Source of the DNA: Eledone cirrhosa
Lineage: Eukaryota
DNA length: 64,000 nt
Reading direction: 5' to 3'
NCBI GenBank assembly: GCA_964016885.1
Contig: OZ024749.1
Coordinates: forward strand, 14,818,001-14,882,000
Both the position numbers and the translations under genes were made by a program. Shown piece after piece: positions 29,207-42,934 of the stretch (positions are counted from its first letter, which is position 1; the number at the start of each line of letters is the position of its first letter). A model generated the notes under the pieces. The model did no database searches, had not been told where the DNA came from, and worked only from the letters and a program-made list of their open reading frames with translations.

Positions 29207-29823
29207 AATTGTTTCTACTTTTGGCACAAGGCCAGCAATTACCCAGTGCATTACTGGTACTTTATTTTATCGACCCTGTAAGGATGAAAGGCAAAGTTAA
29301 CTTCGGCGGGATTTGAACTCAGATCGTAAAGGGACGTAACTATCCGGCAAAGCATGGCGTCCGACCCTCTACTGATACTGCCAATCCACCGCCCTTGCAT
29401 GTTTATAATAATATATTCATACATACATCAGCATGTTGAAAAATATTCTAGAAGAGAAAATAGCAATACTGGGTTCTGCAGACATTGTATTGATTACTTT
29501 CAATACAATAGAAACAACACTGAAAACATAACACTGCATCAACCCAAGACACATGCAGCTGTGCTCAGCGATGCAGTTGAAAGAATGAAGTGGAAATAAG
29601 ATTAATAAGGGTTTCTGATTGAGGCACAAGGGAAACAATTTTGGGGAGAGGTAAAAGTTGATTAAATTAACCCCAGCGTGTTACTGGTACTTTATTTTAT
29701 CAACCCCGTAAGGATGAAAAGCAAAGTTAACCTGGGCAAGATTTGAGCTCAGACCGTAAAGGGGCGTAACTATGCTGAAAAGCATGATGTCCGACCGTCT
29801 ACCGATACTGCCAATCCACCGCT
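29207..29823 (-). mobile_element. Two copies of a second tRNA-derived SINE family (others at 10120-10575, 19190-19410, 22517-22700, 27625-27810)
   Basis: Shared ACTGGTACTTTATTTTATCGACCC..AAGGATGAAAGGCAAAGTT..GGATTTGAACTCAG (B box on the minus strand). Confidence 0.75.
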
Positions 29824-30659
29824 CTACAAAGAATGTAGAGTTCAGCTGAGCTGTGAGGCTTACCTAGACGAAACCAGAAGCTTTATATGTTACAATGGAA
29901 TACCATAAGGCAAGTAGAATGAGAAATGGTGGGAAATGTAAGGTCGAGATAATAATAATAATAACTTACATCAGTTGTTTTGTTCTGGTTCGAAGAAGAT
30001 TTCATATTTCCTTAAGATTTTGAGATGCGATGGTTGGGAATTGGAGGGGGGGGGGGGGGGGGCAGCTAGTACATACTAATTTACATAAATTTAGTTAGTG
30101 GTCTACACTAGTGGAATAACTAGAACTGATCGTATGGGGGGGGGGGGACGGACGCAATAGTCACAGAGAGGATACGATGGGGGAGCAGGGGCTTTAGTGG
30201 TGAACGAAAGAGGGCAAAATACGGAGAGGGGGCATTCCTGTCACTGGTTCTGTATTGTGGGAGAGGGTCAGTCATTCAATTATCCCTGCCACCAGGAGAG
30301 AAAGAACTCTGGAGTGGGTAGAGCACCAAACAATCGACAGGTGTGTTGCTTTCCTGGTAGATCCTTGTGTCGGAGGTCAGTGATACAGATTCAGACAGAC
30401 AATAAAACCAAAAATAATTGTTAAACACAGCAGCAGCAGCAGCAATAGCATAGTAACAATAACAACAACAGTAGCAACAGTAACAATAACAACAACAGCA
30501 GCACCAGCAGCAGTAGTAGTAGTGGGGGACAATGTGAGAGAGAGAGATTGGATGTTTTTGATGATACAAAGGTGAGAGAAGAGAGAGGTAGGAGGTAGGG
30601 AACAGGTATAAACATTGATAAGAGAGAGGAAAGGGAAGTGAGAGAGGGTGAAAGAGAGA

Positions 30660-30690
<31 letters not shown>

Positions 30691-30974
30691 GGTGAGAGAG
30701 AGAGAGGGTGAGAGAGAGAGCGGGTGAGAGAGAGGGTGAGAGAGAGAGTGAGGGGGTGAGAGAGAGAGTGAGGGGGTGAGAGAGAGAGTGAGGGGGTGAG
30801 AGAGAGAGTGAGGGGGTGAGAGAGAGAGTGAGGGGGTGAGAGAGAGAGTGAGGGGGTGAGAGGGGGGCGGGGGCGTGAGAGAGTAAGAAAGATAATATAT
30901 GAGGTGATAGATAAATAAATAAAACAGCCTGAAACAATGGGTACAAAGGTGAGGAGGAGATAAGTGAGGCTATC

Positions 30975-31232
30975 AACAGTTATAGACAGACTAACAACAA
31001 CAACAACTGCAAGAGATAGAGAGACTAACAACAACAACTGCAACAGATAGAGAGACTAACAACAACAACTGCAACAGATAGAGAGACTAACAACAACAAC
31101 TGCAACAGATAGACAGACTAACAACAACAACTGCAACAGATAGAGAGACTAACAACAACAACTGCAACAGATAGAGAGACTAACAACAACAACTGCAACA
31201 GATAGAGAGACTAACAACAACAACTGCAACAG
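30975..31232. repeat. 31-bp minisatellite (about 8 copies)
   Basis: Unit ACAGATAGAGAGACTAACAACAACAACTGCA. Confidence 0.9.
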
Positions 31233-31463
31233 TTACATTAGGTTCCAAATGTCACCTCATTGATAAGAAAATTAGTCAATTGTTCAAAATTCTTGGAAAA
31301 TCACAGACAATATCTTTCATTAGAAATATGGCAGGGAAAGAGTCAAAATGTTCATATTTATCTGAAATCTTTCCATCATAATTTTATGTAAGAACCTTTG
31401 TTATGTTATGTTCCCGACACCAGCTAAATGATGAGAAAATTAATTCAAGAATCTTTGTTAAGG

Positions 31464-31641
31464 CTTTAGCATTTACATTACTCTATATTTACCATTATAT
31501 CGGCTCTATGAGATTTTGATATTATTTATTTTGAGAACAATACCGTAACATTAGTATGAGCGGCCGGTCATAGCCAGTTTGAACAGAAAGAGTTGATAGA
31601 ATTCTGGCCGGATATGGCCGGTTTAGATGCTAAAGGGTTAA
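31464..31641. mobile_element. Third copy of the TTAA MITE, opposite orientation, internally deleted
   Basis: CTTTAGCATTTACATTACTCTAT...GATGCTAAAGGGTTAA. Confidence 0.7.
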
Positions 31642-31700
31642 GCCTCTCGGTGACAAACCACCTGAAGCCAATCCTTGGTTCTAGAAACTGTTTATTCTAA

Positions 31701-32038
31701 GATCATCATCATCATTTTACGTCTGCTTTTCTCTGCTTGCAAGGGTGGGACGGGAACTGATTCTGGCTTGATTTCTACAGCTGGATGCCCTTCATTTACA
31801 GTGAGTGCTGGGTGCTTTTTTCCATGGCGCCTACACGTCCACTTTACAGTGTGGGCTGGGTGCTTTTTTGCTGTGGCACCTCCATGACCACTTCACAGTG
31901 GAATGATAGGGAGTAAACTGGAGCAATGTGAAATAAAGTGTCTTGCTCGAGGAAACAACACATCACCTGGTCTGAGAATTGAACTCACAACTTTTCGATT
32001 GCAAGGGCAATGCTCTAACCACTAAGCCATGTGCCTCC
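31701..32038 (-). mobile_element. Same SINE family, minus strand
   Basis: Reverse complement of head, CORE and tail. Confidence 0.82.
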
Positions 32039-32214
32039 ATCTATGTTTATATTTATCTGTAATGGTACTCAATATGTTGGTAGAGTATAGACATCTTTAT
32101 ATTTAATGTGGTGTGGTAAATAAATATACACATACACACCAGGTCCAAACACAATCGAATCAAACTCCCACTGTCACTGCCTGTCTCTCCCCATCTCTCA
32201 CTAATATAAACAAT

Positions 32215-32400
32215 TGGGGGCCCTGTGGCCCTGGCGGACAGAATAGAGAAGGTGTTTCCCCAGAGGATTGTGAGGGAAACGCGCTGGAAGAACCATTCCA
32301 GCTCGCAAGGTTCACACTTGCAGCTAGCCAGCTCTGTGCTGATGGTGGTGAGTAGGGAGGTGGTCCTAGGGCCAACGGCACTAGAAGTCTCCAATAGTTT
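32215..32400 (-). mobile_element. C-terminal remnant of an RLE-type (CRE-like) non-LTR retrotransposon
   Basis: ETSSAVGP...L...EP.E..W.FQRVSLTILWGNTFSIL resembles the CRE-type ET.G.WG...FQR.S.AIQRGNA.SIL tail. Confidence 0.55.
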
Positions 32401-32486
32401 TTAAGCCAACTTTGTGAGTGAAATACATGTATTGAGATTAAACATTTATTTTATCTTTTGTTATTTTACTAAAATAACATTTTAAC

Positions 32487-32852
32487 AGAATTTGAAGTTT
32501 GAAAGCCACGACTATGTGGGTTTCAACTGAGAATAATTAAATCGTAAGAAACAGGGCTTCTTTTTTACCTTAATTTATTCATATGTCCTGATATTTCAAG
32601 ATCAATATCTCTTCTACCGATGAAAATAAAGGAACTATTCCAGTGTCCGATGTGGTTTGCTATACCATGCTGGCTGGAAGAGGACACTAGAAAAGTTCCT
32701 TTATTTTCCTTGGAAGAAGAAATATTAAATATTAATCTCGAAATACCAGGACATATGAATAAATTAAGGTAAAAAAACAACCTCTGTTTCTTACAATTTA
32801 ATTATTCTCCGTCTAAACCCATATTGTCATGGCTTTCAAACTTCGAATTCTT
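32487..32852. mobile_element. Fold-back MITE-like element with long imperfect inverted arms
   Basis: AGAATTTGAAGTTTGAAAGCCA...AAAATAAAGGAACT...GTGTCC mirrored by GGACAC...AGTTCCTTTATTTT...TGGCTTTCAAACTTCGAATTCT. Confidence 0.7.
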
Positions 32853-32934
32853 TATACCATATACAATGCTTCAAGTAAACTAAAAATTCCTTCTAATATT
32901 TAAAAAAATTCTATAATAAATAGCGGCGATGTAT

Positions 32935-33160
32935 TTGTTTTGCAAGGTTTTTGATATGAAATTATGTGTTGAAACAGATATTGTTATATTTGCGGAGGGT
33001 CACGTTGTCCTAATATTGCCAGAATAATATAGTAAAACACACTGTTTGGTTTAGTTAAAAATATACTGAAGCGAAAACCAAACCAAACCAAACCAAACAG
33101 TGTGTTTTTCTATATTTTTCTGGAAATATTAGGATAACATGACCCTCCCCAAATATATAA
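32935..33160. repeat. Fold-back remnant of the 25.7/63.5-kb element family
   Basis: GGAGGGTCACGTTGTCCTAATATT...ACACTGTTTGGTTT mirrored by AAACCAAACAGTGT...AATATTAGGATAACATGACCCTCC. Confidence 0.55.
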
Positions 33161-33179
33161 TAAATATCAGTTAAGAAAA

Positions 33180-33507
33180 AATAATATCTGAAACCTTTCC
33201 ACCAGAATTTTATGTAAGAACCTTTGTTAAGTTATGTTCCAGACAACAGTTTAATAATGAGAAAGTTACTTATATTACTAAAACCCTCAAAATTCTTGAT
33301 TATTTTCAAAATTATTTCAAAATCAGATAGTGTCTTTCATTAGAAATATGGTAACGAAAGGGTTAATGACATAGACAGTGTCTTTCATTAGAAATATGGT
33401 AACGAAAGGGTTAATGACATAGACAGTGTCTTTCATTAGAAATATTGTAACAAAAGGGTTAATGACATAGGTGTCCTTTATTAGAAATATGGTAATGAAA
33501 GGGTTAA
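33180..33507. mobile_element. Second TTAA-MITE family: terminal fragment repeated in tandem (relatives at 27160-27620, 31235-31455, 33880-34110)
   Basis: Repeated ...GAAATATGGTAACGAAAGGGTTAA ends and shared internal GTAAGAACCTTTGTTAAGTTATGTTCC. Confidence 0.55.
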
Positions 33508-34396
33508 GTTACCTGAAAGGTGGGGTTTGAATTGACCTAAAAAAATAATAAATTACTGTTTATACTCGAATATAAGCCAACCCCCTATTTTATATCTGAG
33601 AAATTGGCAAAAGTCCCAATCCCGTTTATAAACCAAAGCAGCTAATTAACACATTATGTTTAGATGGTGAGGCTTTGAAATTATCATGAGTAGAGAATAT
33701 ATTTATGAAGTTTTAATATTTTGATATTCAAAAGGTTTTAAGTGTCATTTAGAGTATAGTTTGTTTCTCCAACTTCATTATGTAATGATCTTTTATCAAT
33801 TTCTGACCATTTTTGAAGGCCATATTCATTTGAAACATCAAAAACAATAGGAAATACAAATTTCACATTATTTCTTATTATGTTGGGTCTTGGAACATAA
33901 CTTAACAAAGGTTCTAACATAAAATTATGATGGAAAGTTTTTAGATAAATATAAACACTTTAAAACAAAAGTTTTGTGTTGTATAACCAGGAGTGTTTGG
34001 AACATAATTACATAAAATTAAGATGGAAGTTTTCTAGATAAATATAAACAGTGATATATGGTAGAATCAGGGATGGTTTCGGATAGTTTTGATCTGAAAA
34101 GGGTTAGCAGTAAAAGTGGGAGTTGGGCCAATTCTGATGAGGAGGAATACGAAGACAGAATTTAGTTACTGCCAGCTTTATATCTCACAGTGCTGCTTCG
34201 ATATAAGCTGGGCTAACTGCCAAAAATACAGACTCTAGTACCAGAAAAGGTCACCAGAGGTCACTGCTAATTGTTATAGGAGTGTGGAGCACTGATTCTT
34301 CATTGTTGACATATTTAGAGAGGCAGCAACAAGTGCATGTATGTGTATATATACACTTGTATATATAAATATACACACACTTGTATATATATATAT

Positions 34397-34429
<33 letters not shown>

Positions 34430-34869
34430 CATACATACATATCTACATACATGTTTATATATATATATATATACATGTATGTATATATACATATGTGTGT
34501 ATATGTATATATACAAGCATACATACACACATACACACACAAACAAGTATACACACATGCATACATACATACATACTCATACACATATTTTACATGCCAT
34601 TTTCCTCTGCTAAGTGTGGGTTGGCTGGTACTTCAAACCCAGAAATTGTTAAAGACATTCCTTACTTTCTCAACAACATATCAACATATTCACTCCTTTA
34701 AAATCATCAGTGATGCTCATAGGATCAGTATTTTAACTTGGTTTCTACACCTGAAGGAATTAACATTTTCCTATTACCCACTCTACTACCCTAAGTATTG
34801 AGTACTCTGGTGCGTTATGATCCATCTGGTTCCTTACTACACCTCCTTCATTATATATATATATATATA

Positions 34870-35034
34870 TATAGAAGAGATTCTACTGGACTAGAACTGT
34901 TTCATTCTTTAGAAATCATCAGGAATGAAACAGTTCTAGTCCTGTAGAATCTCTTCTATATTAAAACTTTTATACTCTGCTATGTATTGAGTACCTTACT
35001 TACTGTGGTTACCTCCGATTCAACCCGAAATAAC

Positions 35035-35037
<3 letters not shown>
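34870..35037. mobile_element. Short fold-back Penelope-like element (38-bp arms) with a minus-strand hammerhead core (relative at about 35980-36090)
   Basis: Arms 34870-34907 / 34923-34960. Minus strand reads CTGATGA-TTTC(TAAA)GAAT-GAAAC..GTC^. Confidence 0.62.
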
Positions 35038-35075
<38 letters not shown>

Positions 35076-35790
35076 TATATAGAGAAGAAAACAAAAGGGG
35101 TTATGTTTTCAATTACGAGGGGTAGAGAACCACTAGAGTGAAGAACAAAGTCTACGAAAAGTGTGGAAAATACATAATAATTAAAAGGTATATTAAAATG
35201 TTCAAACCCATCTTTCTAACTATATACTGTATTATGAAGAGCCTGGTACTTATTCCTTGAGCTCATTAAATTACAGGGGATTAAGGTGAGTCTTTAACTC
35301 CATTTTTTCATTTGATATTTGGCTCCTAATTTCTTCGTTAGTTGAGCTTTTTAAGTTGAATGGTTATAGGCTGCTATTTCTAGCGGTTTCTTGATCCATT
35401 CATGCCACTATGTACTGTTTGGTGTGCGTGTTTTCAGTTGTCTAAAATCTCTTTAGAAGTGTTGGTTATACCTTCTTTACACCTGTTGACGAGCCCTGAG
35501 AAGGTATGGTACCAGCACTATTTATGACGAAACATTCCCTTCTTTGGGAATGCCCAGGTGTTTTATAGTTATAAAGGTGGGTTTGTACATTTTAGTATAC
35601 CTTTTAATTACTATGTATTTTCTCCACTTTTCGTAGACCTTATATTATTCACTCTAGTGGTTCTCTACCCCTTGTAAATGAAAACATAACCCCTTTTGTG
35701 TTTTCTTCTCTATATACTGTATTATGAAGAGCCCAATACTTATTCCTTGAGCTCATAAAATTACAGGGGATTAACGCAAGTCTTTAATTC
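35076..35790. mobile_element. Penelope-like remnant with inverted plus direct terminal duplications
   Basis: About 35076-35215 is the reverse complement of about 35574-35716. 35221-35284 is directly repeated at 35711-35774. Hammerhead lies between. Confidence 0.62.
35479..35561 (+). ncRNA. Decayed type I hammerhead with long stem III
   Basis: ACACCTG-TTGACGA-...GAC-GAAA-CATTCCC(TTCTTT)GGGAATG-CC-CAGGTGT. Stems I and III are perfect, and core C3 and U16.1 are mutated. Confidence 0.58.
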
Positions 35791-36549
35791 TCTTATATAT
35801 ATATAGTAATGTGTATAATCGAAGTTGCAGCTGCAAGTAGCAGATTCGGGCTGATTTTCGAAGGCTGTCACAAAGCACTCAATATATATATATATATGCG
35901 TGTGTATGTGTGTGTATATATATATATCTTTATATATAAATATAATATCTAATAAATATATATGTGTGTGTGTGTATGAGTCCCAGGTTCTATTGGGGGT
36001 AACCACAGTTATAAAAGTACTCAATACATTAGTAGAGTGTGAACATCTCATGAATGAAACCGTTCTAGACCTGTAGAAGCTATTTCTATATTTTTTTAAT
36101 TGTTTATTGAGCAATTCCATATGTTTCACAGATGATTGGCTCAAGGTCCATATCTATGTTATAGACCCATCTCCAGCACCAGGCTGCTCACTAGATTTGT
36201 TAATTAAACTAAAAATGTTGTGGGTAGCAGACGATGCCTTAAATAAAGTGAACATTACATTTTGGTCAATACAGTAATTTGAACTGGTACTTTTGTCATG
36301 TGATGTCTCACTTGTGTCACAATATATCATGATACATGACTTCTTGTGGTTTACATAACAGCAGTAGTGGACACACAGACAGTCATTGTCTTATGTATGT
36401 ATGTGTGTATGTATATATATATAAAGACAATGCAGACGGTCTTTGTCACATGTGTGTGCATGTGTGTATATATATATATATATATATATGCACATACACA
36501 CACACTATATATATATATATATATATACATATATACATACATTCACTGT

Positions 36550-37800
36550 GGTACTGGCTCAGAGCAAGAGAGTTAAGGCGAAAAAGATATCAGATGCTGA
36601 ATTTGCTGACGACATAGTTTTGGTGTCAAACAGCAGTGAAGGAGGCAGAGGATGTAGGAGGTGGAGACTGTGTCGATGAGTGTGGGGCTGAGAATGAATG
36701 AGATTAAGACGAAGTGTCTGGTAGAGAACATTAAGAAGCCAGAGAAGATTATGAATGTAGGTAGGAAGCCACTAGAGTTGGTTGAGGACTTCCTGTGTCT
36801 GGGAGCAAAGATTGGGAACACAGAGAATGATGTGGTTGAGAGGAAGAGCGAAGCCTGGGCGGCCCGCCACGATTTGAGATCAGTGTGGAAGTCGGACCTT
36901 TGTAAAGACCTGAAGATCTGTCTCTTCGTTGCTATAGTGGAGTCTGTGCTGCTGTACGGGTCTGAGACTTGGACACTGACCAAGAAACTCACTCAGATGG
37001 TGGATGGGTGCTACACGAGAATGCTGAGGATGGCTCTGAACACTAATCAGTATACACTGAGGATGAAGAACTCAGAGCTGTTCAGGAGCCTCCCAAAGGT
37101 CAGCTCGAAAGTGACACAGAGGAGACTGATGTTAGCTGGACATGCTTGTAGTGACCTACATTCCACGGGCTCACATACATTCTCTGTGCGTGATTTGGCT
37201 CAGCTCAGCCAATCAGCGCCAGTAGAAGAGGATGTATCCCTACGCGTTCTGAGGGAGAAATAGCCCGCAAAGATTTGAGGACGCTATGACTCGCAGCTTC
37301 GACCGTGCTAAGGTAAACAACCATTTTTCTTGCGCCGTGAAATCACTAGCCAATATGTAACAACAATTTAACCACGGCCTGGCAACACTTCTCTCAGCCA
37401 GTAGCCCGTGTCTTTCTGGAATCTTAATTCGTTTGTTTAATTTCTCTTGGCATGCCAGCTCAACCATTACTAAATAATGTAAAAACAAGCTAAAGTCGTG
37501 GTCGATATTCCTATCATATCTTTCTACCAAAGATGGTTCCTCGTGGCAACATTACAACTCTATCTACCAAATTGGTGACATATTCAACAAAGAGAAACAT
37601 ACATTTCCTTTATGCTCACCGACATTCAGAGTTGACACTGCATTCAGAGGTCCTGTGGGAGCCCCTACACGGACACACTAGAAGAGGGAGACCGAGAATA
37701 TATTGATGCCCTAAGGACAGACACTGGTCTCAGGAAGATGCAGGAAATGGTGGTGGTGATGAAGAACAACGACTGCTGAAGAGAACTCATCCATGGATCT
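36550..37800 (+). mobile_element. RTE-like LINE fragment without PHD, split by an insertion at 37147-37611
   Basis: EFADDI, GLRMNEIKTK, FLCLG, LLYGSETWTLT, RRLMLAGH. Resumes at 37612 colinear with the 10989-11495 copy. Confidence 0.85.
37147..37611 (+). mobile_element. 465-bp LTR-like insertion with 5-bp target duplication (ATGCT)
   Basis: Empty site GGACATGCTCACC seen in the 11-kb copy. Insert starts TGTAGTG, has CATTACA at about 37550-37556, a CCAAT box and PBS-like TGGTGAC. Confidence 0.55.
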
Positions 37801-37825
37801 CAGATAGATAGATATGTATACATAC

Positions 37826-37874
<49 letters not shown>

Positions 37875-38235
37875 GCAAACAGACATTGTCTTATATATGT
37901 ATATATAAATCATCATCATCACCATTAACATTCATTTTTCCATGCTAGCATGGGTTAGACGAGTTGTCCTGTTCTCTGAGCAATGCCTGGTCATGTTACA
38001 TTGTCTTGCTCATACATATATATATATAAAGATGGCCAACTGAATATGCACATGTGTTTTTTTCTCCCCATTCCTTCCTCTCTTTACTTTCTATTTATCT
38101 TCTATTTCTAACTCTTCTCATGAAGGACTAGTGTCTGAAACATTCAGACTCTCTTCCTGCTATTTCAAGCGTTAAACTGATATATTTCTTCCATGTTTTG
38201 TGCTGTTTGTTTTTTGTTATTTTTGTTATTACCTT

Positions 38236-38296
<61 letters not shown>

Positions 38297-38435
38297 AATT
38301 CAGGACCCCGACGGCTGAGCTCTTGCTTTTTCAAAGGCTAGATCCACTCTACTAATCCAAGTATCAAGTATTCTCATGAGTAATGGTTTAGCTGGTTTTT
38401 ACCACTTCCATTCTGATGTGTGTGCATGCGTGTGC

Positions 38436-38474
<39 letters not shown>

Positions 38475-38741
38475 CACACACATAAAAATCTATTCAGACA
38501 TGTTATAGGATGCCAATTATATTATGGTGAGATGTGTCCAGTTAAAAACAAGAGAATGGCAGAGATAATATGGAATGGGGGGAAGGGCGAGGGGGGTAGT
38601 CTGAAGAAATAGTGAAAAGAAGTGAGAATAAAATAATTATTATGGAACAATCAGTGAATTAAACAATAACTGGTTAATTTATTTATTATTAGTTGTTGTA
38701 GTAGAGAGTGACTGGGTTGTGTGGGGAGAGGGTGAGAGGGT

Positions 38742-38774
<33 letters not shown>

Positions 38775-38845
38775 TTTAGAGGGAAGAGGGGTGTAAAGAG
38801 GGGTAGTGAGTGAAGATGGAGCAATATAGAAAGAGACAAACAGAA

Positions 38846-39006
<161 letters not shown>

Positions 39007-39301
39007 AGGAGACAGACAGACCAAGAGAGAGAAAGAGACCAAGAGTGAGGGGGGGGGGGGGGGGGGGGGTAGTGAAATATTGTAAAGCAGATAATTAATG
39101 TCAATGGAAGCTGGTTGCTCAGTAACGACATGTGGACTGACAGACAGACAGAGAGGAGTTCTATTTTGGTTTAGAAGAGATAGAGGGTAAATAGAAGATA
39201 GATAGAGCAGATGGACTAGATAGAGAGTCATAGAGATGGTAGTGGGTTTAGGATGAGTGGATTCATAGATAGATAGAGCTGGTGGTGGATAGATAGATTT
39301 G

Positions 39302-41977
39302 TTTCTTTTATTTGTCCAGGGCATCAAAAGTGGGACAAGTACAAGGGGGGGGGGGGGTTACAAAACAAGGCGTCCTCAATAAGGAGGAGGCAATAACAAA
39401 ATATAAAAATAAAATAAAATATGACAGAATAAAATATATAAAAAAATCCTCAATAGAGAGGAGGCGCCTTGGGGGTCGCACCCCCCCACCCGAAAAAAGT
39501 TTGCAACCCCTTTCCTCAGGAGCACAGAGAAGGGGTGCTCCCTTGGTCTTTCATCTTCCTCACCTATAGTCTGATGTATAGTGAAGGCCCATTCACACGG
39601 GCCATTCTCGCCACTTTCACCCATCTTTCATAAAAACGGCTGGGGTGCAGCACCTCTCTCTCCATCCTGATCCTTCTTCCGAAATGATATCGGAAGAAAC
39701 GGACCAGTTGTTGGCCAGAGAGAAAGGTGTCTGACCTCAGTCCTTTCAGACGCGTCCACCATACAACCTCTTTCGCCATGGCTATTACGCACAGAAACAC
39801 CGCCTCTCCTTCGTTTTGAAGAGGGGAGGCGGCTTGATCGTTACAATAGACTCGGTGGTCAACCGGATCGGTCCCACCCTTGACAGCAGTTGTTCGACAT
39901 AGCCCCACAGATCAGCAATGCCCGAGCAGTGTACCAATGCGTGTGCAACGGTTTCCTCGTCGCACACGCATCTGGGACAGATCTTTTTCGAGGGGTCCCT
40001 ATCCGGGCGCCCGTGTCTGTAGAGCCTTTCTCGAACGGGCAGAGCCCTTCTGTAGCACTGCCAGGCCAGGGACCTCTGGAAGTTATCCATGGGTCTCGGG
40101 CTGAATGTCCTACCGAACAGGTTGGCCAGTTCGTCTTCCTCCATGCCTAGGGCTTCTCCGAGGGCGTCGTCGCACCTGCTAACCACCAGCCCTCTATAGA
40201 ATGACAAGGTGGATTCTCCACTGACAGTCGGGTCCGCCTTCCAGAGAGCCGTGAGCGCCCGGGCACACTCGGTGTGCCAGGCGCCCAGTTTTCTCGGTCT
40301 TTGCTTGACCCAGGATTGCAGCTCGGTGAGTGAGACTAGTCTGGGAAAGGCTCGCCTCACAAACGGGGTCCACACCGGTTGACCGGAGAGGAATACCTGG
40401 AGGTGCCGTAGCCTTAATGCGTGTTTACGTATCATTAGCCACGGCATTCCCAGCCCTCCTTTCGAAGGGTGTTGACAGCAGATGGATCTCCTCACCATAG
40501 GAGCCCGCTTCTTCCAAAGGAATTGGAAGAGTGCGCGCTCCATTTTGGCGAGCGTTTCCCTTGGGCAAGGCACAACGGTCAGGCGGTAGTAGATGACGGA
40601 CACTATATAAGTGTCCGCCACCTCCGCCCGACCTTTCAGGGACAGTTTGCACTCGGCCCACTTCTGGGTCAGTGCAAACACCCTGTTCGTTACCTCACCC
40701 CAATTCTTCTCCACCTGGCGGTCTGGTCCGAACCAGACCCCGAGCAACTTCACCGGGCCCTCCGTCCAGCGCCCGACGACGCCATCGGAGGGCATCGATC
40801 TGCCCCTCCACGTGCCGAGTTGCAGACCGATCGACTTGTCCCGGTTCAGCTTAGTCTCTGTAAACCTTTCGTACTCCTCCAGTAAGGGGCCAATCGCCCC
40901 GATTTCCGAGGCCGTCGACACCATTACTGTTACGTCATTGGCGTAGGCTGACATCGCTTTCCGCAATCCCGGTTCCAATGGAATGCCCTGCAACAACTCC
41001 AACTTCCGCAGTAGTGGCTCTAGAGTCATTACATACAGAAGGGAGGAGAGAGGGCACCCCTGTCGGATGGACCGCGCGATTTCGAACGACTCCGAGAGGT
41101 AGCCGTTCACCTTGACCCTAGAGCAGATGCGGCTGCTGTGCATGGCATTGATCCAGCCCCTGAAAACGGGTCTGAAGCCTGCCGCCGCTAGCACCGCATC
41201 CAGGTAACCATGGTCGACTCTATCGAATGCCTTAGATTAATCCAAGTTGATCAGGGCCCCACCAAAGCCGGGTTCGTTCCCAACCCTCTCTATGATGTAT
41301 CGCATGAGGTGGAGGTTGTCGTGGATGGACCTGGACGGGATAGCACATGTCTGCGCATCTCCCACCAGGTTGCCTATGACAAGCGCCAACCTCTTTGCTA
41401 GCACCTTGGCCAAAATCTGTAACTCTGTATTTAGCAGAGTTATGGGCCTGAAATTATTTATATCGTCCCCCTTGTTCTCGTCCTTCCTCACTAGCGTGAC
41501 TACGCCCTTGGTCACAGCACAGGGAATTCTCCCGTTCTTTTGCCAGTTGCAGTAGACCGCCTCGAGGAGATCAGGGAACAAGTCCGGCATAGCTAGATAT
41601 AGTTCGTATGGAAGACCATCGAGACCCGGGGATTTGCGTTTGCCGCATTGGCTCAGCACGTCCTCTATCTCAGCGGCTGAAATCGGCTCCTCGCAGGACT
41701 TCGCCTCCCTGTCCGAGAGACGCGGCAGGCCGTCGAGGTATGGACCGAAGTCCACATCCCCAACCGGCCCCCCGCCCCTTCCGAACAATCCGGCAAAGTG
41801 CTTTTGAAAAGCCTCGCACATCTGCTTAGGTTCAAGGATCACCCGTCCATCCTGGTCTCGCAAAGACCGGATAGTGGATCTGTTCCCTCTTTTGGCTTGT
41901 CACGCGGGCCCAGCTAACAGCTTTGGTCCCCTAATTTCCCAGAGCACGTATTTTGCTTCGGACGATGCAGCCTTCGT
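39302..41977 (-). mobile_element. 5'-truncated Tx1/L1-clade LINE (RT + C-terminal CCHC), frameshifted
   Basis: KSPGLDGLPYE, NFRPITLLNTE..ILAKVLA.RL, RQGCPLS, YAND (mutated YADD), KLLGVWF, GGLG, CPRC...ETVAHALVHC. 3' end AATAAAAGAAAC then (ATCT)n. Confidence 0.9.
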
Positions 41978-42019
41978 AGATAGATAGATAGATAGAGCTG
42001 GTGTGGATAGATAGATAGA

Positions 42020-42913
42020 TTTCTTTATTAGCCACAAGGGCGCAACAAGAAAAGGGGACAATACAAAGACATGCCGGGGATTTTACATACAGTCGTGTAA
42101 AAAATATAAAAACAAACAATTTCAACAATCGAAATCCCCAATAGGGGGGAGGCGCCACAAATGGGTTGTTTAATACCCCGTCGATAGAACAACCCTCAAC
42201 TCGAGGAGCGTGTTGTGCAAGTGCTCCTTTCTTCCTTTTGCTCTCTTCCTCAACCTACAGGCTTATAAACAGAGAAGGCCCAATCACTCGGGCCATTTTC
42301 GCTTCATTCACCCACCTTTCAGTAAATTTACTGGGGTTCAGTGCCTCTCTCTCCACCCTGATTCTCCTTCTAAAGTGATACTTAAAGAAGGGAATCAATT
42401 GTTGTCCGGAGAGAAAGGCATCTGTCCTCAGTCCTCTCAACCTCGTCCACCATATAACTTCTTTCACCATAGCCACCGTACAGAGGAAAACCGCCTCTCT
42501 TTCGTTTTTGAAAGAGTCTGGCGGTTTGATCCTTACTATGGACTCGGCAGTCAACTGTATTTGTCCCATACGCGACAGCAGTTGTTCTGCATATTTCCAC
42601 AGGTCGCTTACGCCCGGGCAGTGTACAATTGCGTGCAGAACTTGTTTCAATGTCCAAGATGTAGATCTTGTCACGAACCGGTAGAGCTCCTCCGTAGCAC
42701 TGCCAGGCCAGGGACCTCTGGAAGTTGTCCATAGGTCCCGGGCGGAAAGTCCTACCAAACAGACTGGTGTGCTCATCGTCTTCGACGCCCAGAGTCTCTC
42801 CGAGCACGTCGTCGCCCTTATAACGTACAATCCCTCTATAGAATGTCGAAGTGGAGTCTCCACTGATTGCTGCGCCCGCTTGCCAGAGGACTGTGAGCGC
42901 CTGAGCGCATTCA
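42020..42913 (-). mobile_element. Tx1-like 3' fragment, copy 2
   Basis: MDNFQRSLAWQCY, HAIVHC, FLSGQQL..FFKYHF. Bounded by (GATA)n on both sides. Confidence 0.87.
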
Positions 42914-42934
42914 ATAGATAGATAGATAGATATA

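Noticed and set aside
29970-30010. Possible minus-strand 41-nt exon (NMKSSSNQNKTTD|GTAAGT)
   Set aside because: Weak acceptor, phase incompatible with the FNDC3 exon and no homology.
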